From: an uncultured Candidatus Saccharibacteria bacterium
Lineage (GTDB): Bacteria > Patescibacteriota > Saccharimonadia > Saccharimonadales > Saccharimonadaceae
Length of the DNA: 64,000 bases
Direction: 5' to 3'
Assembly (NCBI GenBank): GCA_964485445.1
Contig: CAZAJJ010000006.1
Coordinates: forward strand, 3,321-67,320
Shown here: positions 27,561 to 35,239 of the stretch, one piece after another
Numbering within the stretch: position 1 is the first letter of the stretch
Layout: each line of letters opens with the position of its first letter
Notes under the pieces: model-generated
The model's input: only the letters and a program-made list of their open reading frames with translations
Database searches by the model: none
What the model was told of the DNA's origin: nothing
Translations under genes and position numbers: made by a program

Positions 27561-27704
27561 TGCTTTTGATTAACCTTTGGATTTATTTTAGCATAAAGTG
27601 AATGAGTTGGGAGGAAAATTCGGACGGGTAAGGCTGACGATTCAGGATTTACTAGAGGTTTTGAGGCAATTTTTCGGAAAATGGGAGATGTTATGATTTT
27701 TCTA

Positions 27705-27733
27705 TTGACTTTTTATGAAAAGTGTGATACAAT
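27705..27733 (+). promoter_or_regulatory. Promoter (TTGACT-N17-TGaTACAAT) for the plus-strand islet
   Basis: -35 at 27705-27710, -10 at 27728-27733. A ~170-nt leader follows. Confidence 0.65.
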
Positions 27734-27780
27734 GGAGAGATAGGGCTATGTGCTTGACTCTGAAATGACAGGGGGCGGGC

Positions 27781-27824
27781 GGAAATAGCAGAACTTTAAA
27801 AGGGAAATAGCAGAACTTTAAAAG
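27781..27824. repeat. Perfect 22-bp tandem direct repeat x2 (ggaaatagcagaactttaaaag)
   Basis: 27781-27802 is identical to 27803-27824. Located in the leader of the 27912 gene. Confidence 0.9.
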
Positions 27825-27840
27825 CTGATTAGTCAAATTG

Positions 27841-27875
27841 TCGCAGGGTAAGAGCGGGGGATTCTTATCCTGCGA
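27841..27875 (+). promoter_or_regulatory. 13-bp leader hairpin just upstream of the SD of the 27912 gene
   Basis: tcgcagggtaaga / tcttatcctgcga (one G-U pair), loop gcgggggat. GAGGAGG SD follows at ~27893. Confidence 0.5.
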
Positions 27876-27911
27876 TAAGTGCAGAGAATTCTGAGGAGGT
27901 GCATAAAAATT

Positions 27912-28610
27912 ATGCAGAAAAAACATTATGAAATCACTCACCTTAGTAACGAGAAGTTAATTTCTTCGTATGAAGAAATTATGGCTGCAGCCATGGCACA
28001 AGTCGAAGATTCGGTATGCAGGTATCGTTATCTTTTGCCCAGGGGCTGGAGATGCATCATCAAAATCAAGGGAGCAGACCGCACGGTTGCGCACTTGGAT
28101 CTGCAGTCAAACCAGGGCGGCGGAAGTTTCGCCGAAGTAAAAATGAAAACCTTGGAAGATTGGCAAATTGCGGCGACGGGGTGCCATAATTTAGGTTTTA
28201 TTCGGGAATTAATCAATAGGTCGCCACATCGGGAAGCGGAACGCGCTCAGGAAATCCTGAAAGTGTTCAGCCTGGAGGAACTGAGAAAGATCCATCACGA
28301 GTGGCTACGAGATAATTTCGAATATACGAATTATTACGGTGGGATTAATGTTTATTATGATGAGCTTTCGGCAAAGTTGAGCTCTGCCGATCAACCAGAG
28401 AGAGGATTAATCCAGATCGCGTTCAGCGGGGCAAGCCAGGAGCAGGATACGATGTTCGCTGTGAGAGTGCTGTGGAGCATTCAGGAAGCGATGGTGCGGA
28501 CGCTGACACGGAGTCAGTTTTGGTTCAATCTGCGGGAGCTGGAAGAAATTCCTAACGTAAAGTTTTGGTTAGATAATTTCGGAATCGAGGAGGCGGTGAG
28601 GAGATTTTAG
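27912..28610 (+). CDS. Hypothetical protein (232 aa)
   Basis: ATG 27912 is in frame with ORF-track GTG 27879 and follows GAGGAGG. No recognisable domain. Confidence 0.6.
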   Translation: MQKKHYEITHLSNEKLISSYEEIMAAAMAQVEDSVCRYRYLLPRGWRCIIKIKGADRTVAHLDLQSNQGGGSFAEVKMKTLEDWQIAATGCHNLGFIRELINRSPHREAERAQEILKVFSLEELRKIHHEWLRDNFEYTNYYGGINVYYDELSAKLSSADQPERGLIQIAFSGASQEQDTMFAVRVLWSIQEAMVRTLTRSQFWFNLRELEEIPNVKFWLDNFGIEEAVRRF

Positions 28611-28663
28611 AACGAGAGGAATACAGGTATAAAACTGAATACGGGACGTTGATTGACTCGTTC

Positions 28664-28780
28664 ATGCCGCATCTGCCGAGGATAATCATCGATCGGCCGA
28701 TACATTCGGAGAGGCGGATGGAAGAGGCGGAACTGCTTAAGGAATATGAGCGGATTTACGACGAAATTTTGAGCGACTAA
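28664..28780 (+). CDS. Possible small ORF (38 aa), or a frame-shifted continuation of the upstream gene
   Basis: Hand translation gives MPHLPRIIIDRPIHSERRMEEAELLKEYERIYDEILSD. This frame is open from 28577. A terminator follows. Confidence 0.25.
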   Translation: MPHLPRIIIDRPIHSERRMEEAELLKEYERIYDEILSD

Positions 28781-28794
28781 TCAGTAAAAATATG

Positions 28795-28821
28795 GGAGCG
28801 CTTAGGCGCTCCTGATTTTTT
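28795..28821 (+). terminator. Rho-independent terminator
   Basis: ggagcgc-ttag-gcgctcc followed by tgatttttt. Confidence 0.75.
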
Positions 28822-28889
28822 ATGTGACGGTTATGCTAGAAGAGATAGGGGTTTTAAGGTAGAATTATAGGTAATAAATTGGAGTGATT

Positions 28890-29383
28890 ATGAATAAAAT
28901 AAAGAACTATGCTTTTATCGACGGGAATAATTTGTATCTCGGAGCAAAATCACAAGGTATAAAAATAGATTATCGCAAACTAAGGCTCTATCTCACGCAT
29001 AAATTTAATGTGGCAAAAGCTTTTATCTTCATTGGTTATGATCCCGACCGCACTCAATTATATGCGGCCTTACATAATGCCGGATTTGTATTGGTGCAAA
29101 AACCGACCGTGAAATACTACGAGAATGGAAAAAAGACTATGAAGGGCAATGTGGATGCGGAATTAGTCTTGCATTCTGCGGCTATTGAGTATAATAATTA
29201 TGATAAAGCAGTTGTGATCACTTCGGATGGTGATTTCAGGTGTCTTTTGAATATCTGAAAGAAAAGGAAAAATTGGAGCGCATAATTACTCCGACAAAGT
29301 TTTATTCGTCACTATTTCAGCCGATTAGTGAGTATATTCTGCCACTCAAACAGATAGAGCCGATGGTTAGATTAGACCACTAA
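28890..29383 (+). pseudogene. NYN-domain (LabA/DUF88-like PIN-fold) gene split by a frameshift near 29236-29240
   Basis: Frame 1 gives FIDGNNLY...KGNVDAELV...SDGDF, then stops at 29256-29258. A second frame from 29240 reads VSFEYLKEKEKLERIITPTKFYSSLF...LDH to TAA 29381-29383, the expected C-terminus. Confidence 0.6.
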
Positions 29384-29436
29384 AAATGCCGGCATTCGCG
29401 TTCGGTCGAAACCTTAGGCTAGTCCGGCTTGGTGAT
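29382..29436 (-). ncRNA. Candidate ~55-nt transcript from an orphan promoter
   Basis: Predicted TSS ~7 nt after the -10. Contains a GGU-UUCG-ACC hairpin and GCCGG...CCGGC pairing followed by AUUUUU. Overlaps the NYN stop codon in antisense. Confidence 0.25.
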
Positions 29437-29442
29437 AGTTTC

Positions 29443-29471
29443 ATTATAGCAAACATATCACAAAAAGTCAA
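29443..29471 (-). promoter_or_regulatory. Orphan consensus promoter (TTGACT-N17-TGCTATAAT)
   Basis: -35 at 29466-29471, -10 at 29443-29448. Lies downstream of the alaS stop and points into the 3' end of the convergent NYN pseudogene. Confidence 0.6.
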
Positions 29472-29583
29472 TACTAAAATTTCACGGTAATTGCGTCGCA
29501 AGTAGGCCAGTGGATTGCGCAGATGCTATGATATGGAAAATTCGTGAGCGTTATCAGGCCCGCGCTGAAACGAAGGAGTATGA

Positions 29584-31482
29584 TTATTCCAGAACAGCTT
29601 TGATGCGGCGGACGCCGGCGCTGGAGGATTCTTCTTTGATGATTTTGAAGCGGCCGAGGGCGCTGGTATGAGTGACATGGGGGCCACCACAGATTTCCAT
29701 GGAAATAATCTCAGAAAGAGTTTCAGGAGAATCGCCGCCTTGACCAATAGCATACACAGTTACTCGATCAGGATAGCGATCGCGGAAACTGCCATGAGCA
29801 TGCAATTCATCAAAGGCATAATCTTTATCATATTCAGCGAAAACGACTGGGAGATCAGCCTCGATCCATTCATTGACCTGGGATTCAACCTTTGCCAATT
29901 CTTCGGGAGTAAGTTTATGATCGACGTTGAAATCAAAGCGCAGGCGCTCGGGAGTGAGATTACTGCCTTTTTGTCCAATACTAGAATCGACAACTTTCTG
30001 GAGAGCAGCCAGTAAGAGATGGCAGGCAGTGTGATATTTAATAGTTTGGTCGCTAGTGTCGGAGAGGCCACCTTTGAACATACCCTTCGAGGCGGTTTTA
30101 CTGCGTTCGCGTTGCTCGTTCAGAGCGGCTTCGAACTCGTCTTGATAGTGATCAGAAAGTTTCAAGCCGAGTTTGTAAGCCTCCTCGAGAGAGAGCTCAA
30201 GCGGGAAGCCGTAAGTATCTTGGAGCTTGAAGAGTTCGGCGCCGGTGAGAAGTTGGTCGTCGCCGAGTTTTTGGAGCTCTTTGACGCCTTTGGTGATGGT
30301 TTTGCGGAAGGCGGTTTCTTCGCGAGTGAGGGCAGAGAGAACGTGGGCGCGGTTTGGCAAAATATCGTCAGACAAATCAGCGTAATTCTCAGCAATGACG
30401 GGAATGATTTCGGTAAGGAACTCTTGGCCGATGCCGAGATCGAGGGCTTTCAGGACAGCGCGACGAACGAGGCGACGAAGAGCGTAGCCTTGGGCTTTGT
30501 TGCTGGGTTCGAGACCTTGGGCGGCAAGAAGATAGGCGCCGCGAAGATGATCAGCAATGATGCGCATTTCGTCGGTATTATTCTCGTAGTTTTTGCGGGA
30601 AAGTTCCTCGAGTTTTTCGATAATTGGCCGAAGTAGCGAGATTTTGAAAATATCAAAACTGCCAATAGCGGCAGCGGCAATGCGCTCCAGACCGCCACCG
30701 AAGTCGATGTTTTTATGCTCGAGTTCAGAGAAACTACCGTCAGAATTGCGGCGATAGCCCATGAAGACTTGGTTGCCGATTTCCATAAAGCGAGCACCGT
30801 TAGAGGCGGGGTGGGACTGACCATATTTTTCGATATCTTGCTTATCTTCGCCAAAATCGTAGAAAACTTCAGAATCAGGACCACAGGGGTCGCCAAGTGG
30901 AGTAGTTTCGATACCACCGCCACGACTCCACCAGTTTTCGTGGTCGTCATAGAAGAAAATGCGCTCGCCGGGCTTAATTCCCCGCTCAGCGCCGTGTTCA
31001 GCGGTGCCCATATCGACAATTTTGGCTTCGATGCCAGCTTCCTTAAAGACTGATTGCCAGATCTCGGCGGCTTCAGTGTCTTTAGGAATACCATACTTTT
31101 CGTCGCCGATAAAGCAGGTGGCATAGAGTTTCTCGGGATCGAGACCGATTTCTTGAGTGAGAAATTCGAAAAACCAGCGGATTTGCTGCTCTTTGAAATA
31201 GTCGCCGAGAGACCAGTTTCCCATCATCTCGAAAACTGTAGTGTGGCGAGGGTCGCCGACGTCGTCGATATCTTGGAGACGAAGGCAGGGCTGAACATCG
31301 GCGATACGGGTACCCTCGGGATGGGGCTGGCCGAGGAGATATGGCATCATGGGCTGCATGCCGGAACCGGTGAAGAGAGTAGTCGGGTCGTTCTCGAGAA
31401 CTAATGGAGAAGGCGGCACGATTTTATGGCCATGCCGGGCTTGAAAATCGAGGAATTTTTGACGAATTTGATTTGCGTTCAT
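29584..31482 (-). CDS. alaS: Alanine--tRNA ligase (short form, no C-Ala domain)
   Basis: MNANQIRQKFLDFQARHGH...FTGSGMQPM catalytic core. Editing-domain TACHLL / CGGPHV. ATG 31482 lies 7 nt from TGATATAAT. About 632 aa. Confidence 0.9.
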   Translation of the reverse strand: MNANQIRQKFLDFQARHGHKIVPPSPLVLENDPTTLFTGSGMQPMMPYLLGQPHPEGTRIADVQPCLRLQDIDDVGDPRHTTVFEMMGNWSLGDYFKEQQIRWFFEFLTQEIGLDPEKLYATCFIGDEKYGIPKDTEAAEIWQSVFKEAGIEAKIVDMGTAEHGAERGIKPGERIFFYDDHENWWSRGGGIETTPLGDPCGPDSEVFYDFGEDKQDIEKYGQSHPASNGARFMEIGNQVFMGYRRNSDGSFSELEHKNIDFGGGLERIAAAAIGSFDIFKISLLRPIIEKLEELSRKNYENNTDEMRIIADHLRGAYLLAAQGLEPSNKAQGYALRRLVRRAVLKALDLGIGQEFLTEIIPVIAENYADLSDDILPNRAHVLSALTREETAFRKTITKGVKELQKLGDDQLLTGAELFKLQDTYGFPLELSLEEAYKLGLKLSDHYQDEFEAALNEQRERSKTASKGMFKGGLSDTSDQTIKYHTACHLLLAALQKVVDSSIGQKGSNLTPERLRFDFNVDHKLTPEELAKVESQVNEWIEADLPVVFAEYDKDYAFDELHAHGSFRDRYPDRVTVYAIGQGGDSPETLSEIISMEICGGPHVTHTSALGRFKIIKEESSSAGVRRIKAVLE

Positions 31483-31489
31483 AGAGATA

Positions 31490-31498
31490 ATTATATCA
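31490..31498 (-). promoter_or_regulatory. Extended -10 (TGATATAAT) 7 nt from alaS ATG
   Basis: attatatca at 31490-31498. Confidence 0.55.
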
Positions 31499-31529
31499 TA
31501 GATTTCTAAGGATGGATTCATGTATTTCT

Positions 31530-31604
31530 AGGCACCCGCACGACAGCCCGTCTTTACGGGTGTCGTACTCCGAAATCTTCAGCTTGAAGATTTCTTTAGT
31601 GCCT
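31530..31604 (-). ncRNA. 75-nt structured element (closing stem + two hairpins) upstream of alaS; strand uncertain
   Basis: aggcac/gtgcct closes hairpin cgacagcccgt-cttt-acgggtgtcg (31541-31565) and a 10-bp hairpin gaaatcttca-gct-tgaagatttc (31572-31594). Confidence 0.3.
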
Positions 31605-31698
31605 CTCAATACATAAATTCATCCCCGGTAAGCAGTTAGCGTTCATAGAGCACCATATAATATATATTCATCTCTAGCAAACAGTTGGCGTTTATAGG

Positions 31699-33369
31699 TT
31701 AGCGGGCGAGGCAACGCATAGAATAGCCATCCTCGCTAAGGTTACCTTCGGAAGCAGGATAGACTGGATTTTCGTCGAAGAGGAAGCGGTAATATCTTTG
31801 GTCACTTTCGAGAGTCGAGGAAAGATAGTGGCCGGCGTAGCCTGGGACATAAACTTGAGAATCTTCGCCAACGAAGAGACCGCTACGAGCAAAGTACATT
31901 GGGGCGCCATCAAGACGAGTTTTGCCTGGTCCGACGATAGTCGTGTAGGCGGTGCCGGGGCTATTGCGGACCCAAGCCGTAGTATTGAGTGAATTACTGT
32001 CACTTGAGGAGCCGGTTTCTGGGTAGCCATAGGCGCGGAGAAGTCGATAAAAACTGTCTGTACGATCATAAGGCCAACCAGCGTCGGCGGCAGTATTGCG
32101 ACCAGAGGTCGGGAGACGCCAGCCTTTCGGACAAATCGAATCGACGGCGTCAGTGAATTCGACGGAGAGACTATTAATATTCTCGGTGGTCGTTCGAGTA
32201 GTACCACCAGCAGTAGCGGTTTCCCAAGTGTAATAGTTGCCGAGAAGATAGTGAGGGTCATAGGCGGTAGTGGCGACGTTAGTAGCGAAGAGACCGATGT
32301 AATCATCCTGGGTGTCGGTTTGAGAAATCCAGTTTGGATACCAATTAGCGACATTAGTAATCTGGGCGCATTCAGAAGGGCTACTTGCGGCTGGGATGGC
32401 ACAGTGCGGTCGCATATTAGGTCTTTGCGGATTAGTGATGACATAATTGCCAGGATTCCAGGAGCCAGCGAAAGTGTCCGACTTCTGGCCGGAATGACCA
32501 GTACTGGCCGCCGGCGTCCAACTAGCGACTGAGTTAAGATCCGTATCGGCATTAGTGAGGGTTTTACTAGCGGAGAGATCGAGGGCGAGGTTTTGGGTCA
32601 TCCAGCAATTACCGTCGGCGAGTTTGGCGACGTAGTAGGATTTGCCATCGCGGAGATCGATGAGGGATTTTTCTATATAGTTATTAACGTTTTCGTAGTT
32701 CATAGTGTTAGAACAAATGGCGGAAGTCATATCCTGCATATAGGTGAGTTCGCTGAGACTGGTGGCGGCGACGGGGTTGGCGATGGCGGAGATAATAATT
32801 GAATTATGATAAAGGCCAGCAGGAAGGTTGTTATCAATTTTGACACCAAAAGTTAAGTTATAAGTGTCTTGATTAGAATTTACTGCAGTAGATTTGACAA
32901 GTTCGGGAGTAGCAGGAACGGCTGAATATGAGGAATCACTAGAATCAGTAGTACTGAGATTATAACCCCAGGTGTTAGCGGGCATATCGGTGGCTGAACT
33001 AGCCCCAGGAAGGGCGGAAATGACGGCAGTATTGGATGTGTCAGCGCTGATGAGATCATTGTTACCAGTGGCAGTATGTAGGTAGAGGGAATAGCCAGAA
33101 AGATTATTAGTAGAGACAACTAATTGCGTAGTTTGAGGTGCAAAAGTGCCAGTAGAGGTCGGAGTAACATCGACGACTACGCGATCAGCTAACGCCAGTG
33201 AAAGCGTAGTATCAACATGAGTAGCAAGATTAGAGGTGGCAGTGCTAGATAATTCCGCCGCAGAGGTAGGAGATGAGTTGGTAGGATAAAGCGTGAGTAG
33301 AAAGAGCAGGAGCAAGACGAAAAGTGCGCCATACCCCACGAGATTTAATTTGTTTTTGACTTGTTTCAT
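31699..33369 (-). CDS. Secreted protein: N-terminal WxL-like beta domain + C-terminal FISUMP (Fibrobacter succinogenes major paralogous, TIGR02145-like) domain
   Basis: Signal anchor. DLRDGKSYYVAKLADGNCWMTQNL...GYSMRCLAR matches the FISUMP pattern. The N-terminal third resembles the 200-aa surface proteins (GYSLYL, WGYNL, AGLYHNSIIISA). Confidence 0.75.
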   Translation of the reverse strand: MKQVKNKLNLVGYGALFVLLLLFLLTLYPTNSSPTSAAELSSTATSNLATHVDTTLSLALADRVVVDVTPTSTGTFAPQTTQLVVSTNNLSGYSLYLHTATGNNDLISADTSNTAVISALPGASSATDMPANTWGYNLSTTDSSDSSYSAVPATPELVKSTAVNSNQDTYNLTFGVKIDNNLPAGLYHNSIIISAIANPVAATSLSELTYMQDMTSAICSNTMNYENVNNYIEKSLIDLRDGKSYYVAKLADGNCWMTQNLALDLSASKTLTNADTDLNSVASWTPAASTGHSGQKSDTFAGSWNPGNYVITNPQRPNMRPHCAIPAASSPSECAQITNVANWYPNWISQTDTQDDYIGLFATNVATTAYDPHYLLGNYYTWETATAGGTTRTTTENINSLSVEFTDAVDSICPKGWRLPTSGRNTAADAGWPYDRTDSFYRLLRAYGYPETGSSSDSNSLNTTAWVRNSPGTAYTTIVGPGKTRLDGAPMYFARSGLFVGEDSQVYVPGYAGHYLSSTLESDQRYYRFLFDENPVYPASEGNLSEDGYSMRCLAR

Positions 33370-33532
33370 TCATACCTCCGTTATAGGTTTTGTTTTTTGA
33401 GGTGTCGCTTTGTTTTAGGCTACGCGGTAAAAGATTTAATGAGTTGTTATAGTATTAAGACTAATACCACGGAGAGAGATATAGGCTCCAGACTAGATAT
33501 ATAGTATATGTAGCTAACATTCCCTGCCGCCC

Positions 33533-33676
33533 AACAAAAAGCGACACCGCTCGGGGTGTCTAAGCCTTTTCAAACCACTATCCACAAAGAGATTGTAGTT
33601 GGAGCGATGCCGCTCTTCAATCTCTTCAGTGAAATATGTGGCTTACCAAAAATGGTGGTTTTATTAAGGCTTAGAC
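33533..33676 (-). ncRNA. Candidate ~140-nt rod-like small RNA with its own promoter and terminator (class unknown)
   Basis: Nested helices: GUCUAAGCCUU/AAGGCUUAGAC (11 bp), AAACCAC/GUGGUUU, CCACA/UGUGG, AAGAGAUUG/CAAUCUCUU, GAGCG-GCAU-CGCUC. Then GACACC-CCGAGC-GGUGUC plus GCUUUUU. Confidence 0.4.
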
Positions 33677-33682
33677 AATATA

Positions 33683-33691
33683 ATTATAGCA
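33683..33691 (-). promoter_or_regulatory. Extended -10 (TGCTATAAT) for the candidate sRNA
   Basis: attatagca at 33683-33691. The predicted TSS coincides with the first base of the 11-bp closing stem. Confidence 0.5.
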
Positions 33692-33855
33692 TAGATTTAG
33701 AAAACACAAGGACTTTTGTGAAAAATAGTGCGGAGATTTTATAGGAATCCGGAGACTAAGATAGAGATTAAAAAGGCTAAGCCTCGTAAAATACGTGCAA
33801 GGACATCCCCAATACTTTATATCATATTATAAATTATGATTTTATGGGTTTCAAA

Positions 33856-34977
33856 TTATTCGACAATAATTCCACCACCAAGACAAATGGCGCCGTCATA
33901 GAAAACAATGGACTGGCCAGCGGCGGGGCGCTTGACATCTTGGTCAAAAAGAATCTCGCAAGACTGAGCGGAAGTCGCATTGAAGCGGGCGGGGAGCAGA
34001 GGAGCGCGGTGACGGAGACGAACTTGAAGATATTCAAGAAGACTAAGTTCGGCGAGCGTGTAGCCGCTACGCAAATGGAGATCAGTCAGAGTTAATTCAC
34101 GAGTCCAAAGGTTAGCATTGTTGAGATTACGAGAAACATAAACGATATTGCGCTCGAGATCCTTCTTTACGACATAGTAGGGCAGGCCGCCGCCGAGATA
34201 GAGCCCATGGCGCTGGCCGATAGTATAGAGAAGCGCACCTTCGTGATAACCTAAAACCTGGTCGGTTTCAAGTTCGCGAATTTCGCCGGGCTCAGTCCTG
34301 AGATAAGTTCGGAGAAAATCTTTCATGCCAACTTCACCGACAAAACAAATGCCCATAGATTCTTTCTTGCTGGCAACATCAAGACCAAAGTTGGCGGCGA
34401 GTTTTTTGACTTCAGGTTTATGCAAATTTGCGAGCGGAAAAATAGTATGGGCGGTCGCCTTGTCGCTCATGCGATAAAGAAAATAAGTTTGATCTTTATT
34501 ATCGTCATCGGCGCGCAAGAGAACGGGCGCGGAGTCGGGGCGAGGCTGAGTGTCGATAGGCAGAAGTTCGCCTTCCGTGGCACCAAGAAAGGCGCTGCCG
34601 GCATAGTGGCCAGTGGCAATAAAATCAGCTCCGCGGGCGATGGCTTGGTCGTAGAAAAGTTTGAACTTGATTTCTTGATTACACATGATGTCGGGATTTG
34701 GAGTGCGACCCTTTTTAAACTCAGAGAGCATGTAATCGACGACTTTTTGCTTATACTCGGCTTGGAAATCCCAGACTTCGAAATCAAGATCGAGTCCGAC
34801 AGCGACGCGCTTCGCGTCGGCGAGGTCTTCAGCCCAAGGGCATTTCATGCCAGGGAGGTCTTCGGACCAATTTTTCATATAGACGCCGGTGACGTCGTAG
34901 CCTTGTTGTTTGAGAAGGACGGCGGAGACTGAGGAATCGACGCCACCAGACATGCCAAGGAAGACTTTTTTATTCAT
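33856..34977 (-). CDS. mnmA: tRNA 2-thiouridine(34) synthase
   Basis: MNKKVFLGMSGGVDSSVSA PP-loop. GGAGG SD before ATG 34977. The ORF-track 67-aa N-terminal extension is discounted. Confidence 0.9.
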   Translation of the reverse strand: MNKKVFLGMSGGVDSSVSAVLLKQQGYDVTGVYMKNWSEDLPGMKCPWAEDLADAKRVAVGLDLDFEVWDFQAEYKQKVVDYMLSEFKKGRTPNPDIMCNQEIKFKLFYDQAIARGADFIATGHYAGSAFLGATEGELLPIDTQPRPDSAPVLLRADDDNKDQTYFLYRMSDKATAHTIFPLANLHKPEVKKLAANFGLDVASKKESMGICFVGEVGMKDFLRTYLRTEPGEIRELETDQVLGYHEGALLYTIGQRHGLYLGGGLPYYVVKKDLERNIVYVSRNLNNANLWTRELTLTDLHLRSGYTLAELSLLEYLQVRLRHRAPLLPARFNATSAQSCEILFDQDVKRPAAGQSIVFYDGAICLGGGIIVE

Positions 34978-35239
34978 AATAATCCTCCAAGAAGCAATCG
35001 TCATCCATCTTTTTTCGGGGCGCGTCGCCGACACCCGCCGTCGCGGGGTCGTCGCGCTCGTTCTCGCCGTAGCTCCGAATCCCCTCAAAAAGAAGATGGC
35101 GATTGCCGCCAACAGTATTACTCTGGAATGCAAAAATTCCGTCAATTGACTGATTGCTTTCTCCAGTGAAATCATCAATGACGTTCTTCCAAAGAACTTG
35201 GCGTTCGGCTGGAGTTACTTTTTGAAGATAAACTTTCAT
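34970..35239 (-). CDS. Hypothetical 89-aa protein between the cysteine desulfurase gene and mnmA
   Basis: ATGA overlap with the upstream stop and an 8-nt overlap with mnmA. Contains the in-frame hairpin repeat ([13 protein letters not shown]). Could be a non-coding spacer. Confidence 0.4.
   Translation of the reverse strand: MKVYLQKVTPAERQVLWKNVIDDFTGESNQSIDGIFAFQSNTVGGNRHLLFEGIRSYGENERDDPATAGVGDAPRKKMDDDCFLEDYYE
35022..35057. repeat. 36-nt hairpin-forming repeat (copy 2 of the uvrA-type element)
   Basis: gcgtcgccgacacccgccgtcgcggggtcgtcgcgc. Two of the six differences from 5895-5930 form compensatory pairs in the stem. Confidence 0.7.

Noticed and set aside
27781-27824. Tandem repeats considered as a CRISPR array (also 21465-21498).
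   Set aside because: There are only two abutting copies with no spacers. Repeat length and context do not fit CRISPR, and no cas genes are present.
31522-31698. A T-box leader for alaS.
   Set aside because: I found no T-box consensus and no specifier-loop/antiterminator arrangement. The alaS -10 box sits downstream of the structure, 7 nt from the ATG.
33533-33676. The rod-like RNA considered as SRP (4.5S) RNA.
   Set aside because: The apical loop is GCAU rather than GNRA, and the conserved domain IV loop sequences (the AGGAAGCAGCC type in E. coli) are absent. 6S RNA can be neither confirmed nor excluded by eye.
34978-35178. A 67-aa N-terminal extension of mnmA.
   Set aside because: The PP-loop protein begins at MNKKVFLGMSGG with a GGAGG SD. 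The extension overlaps the upstream ORF and repeat element.
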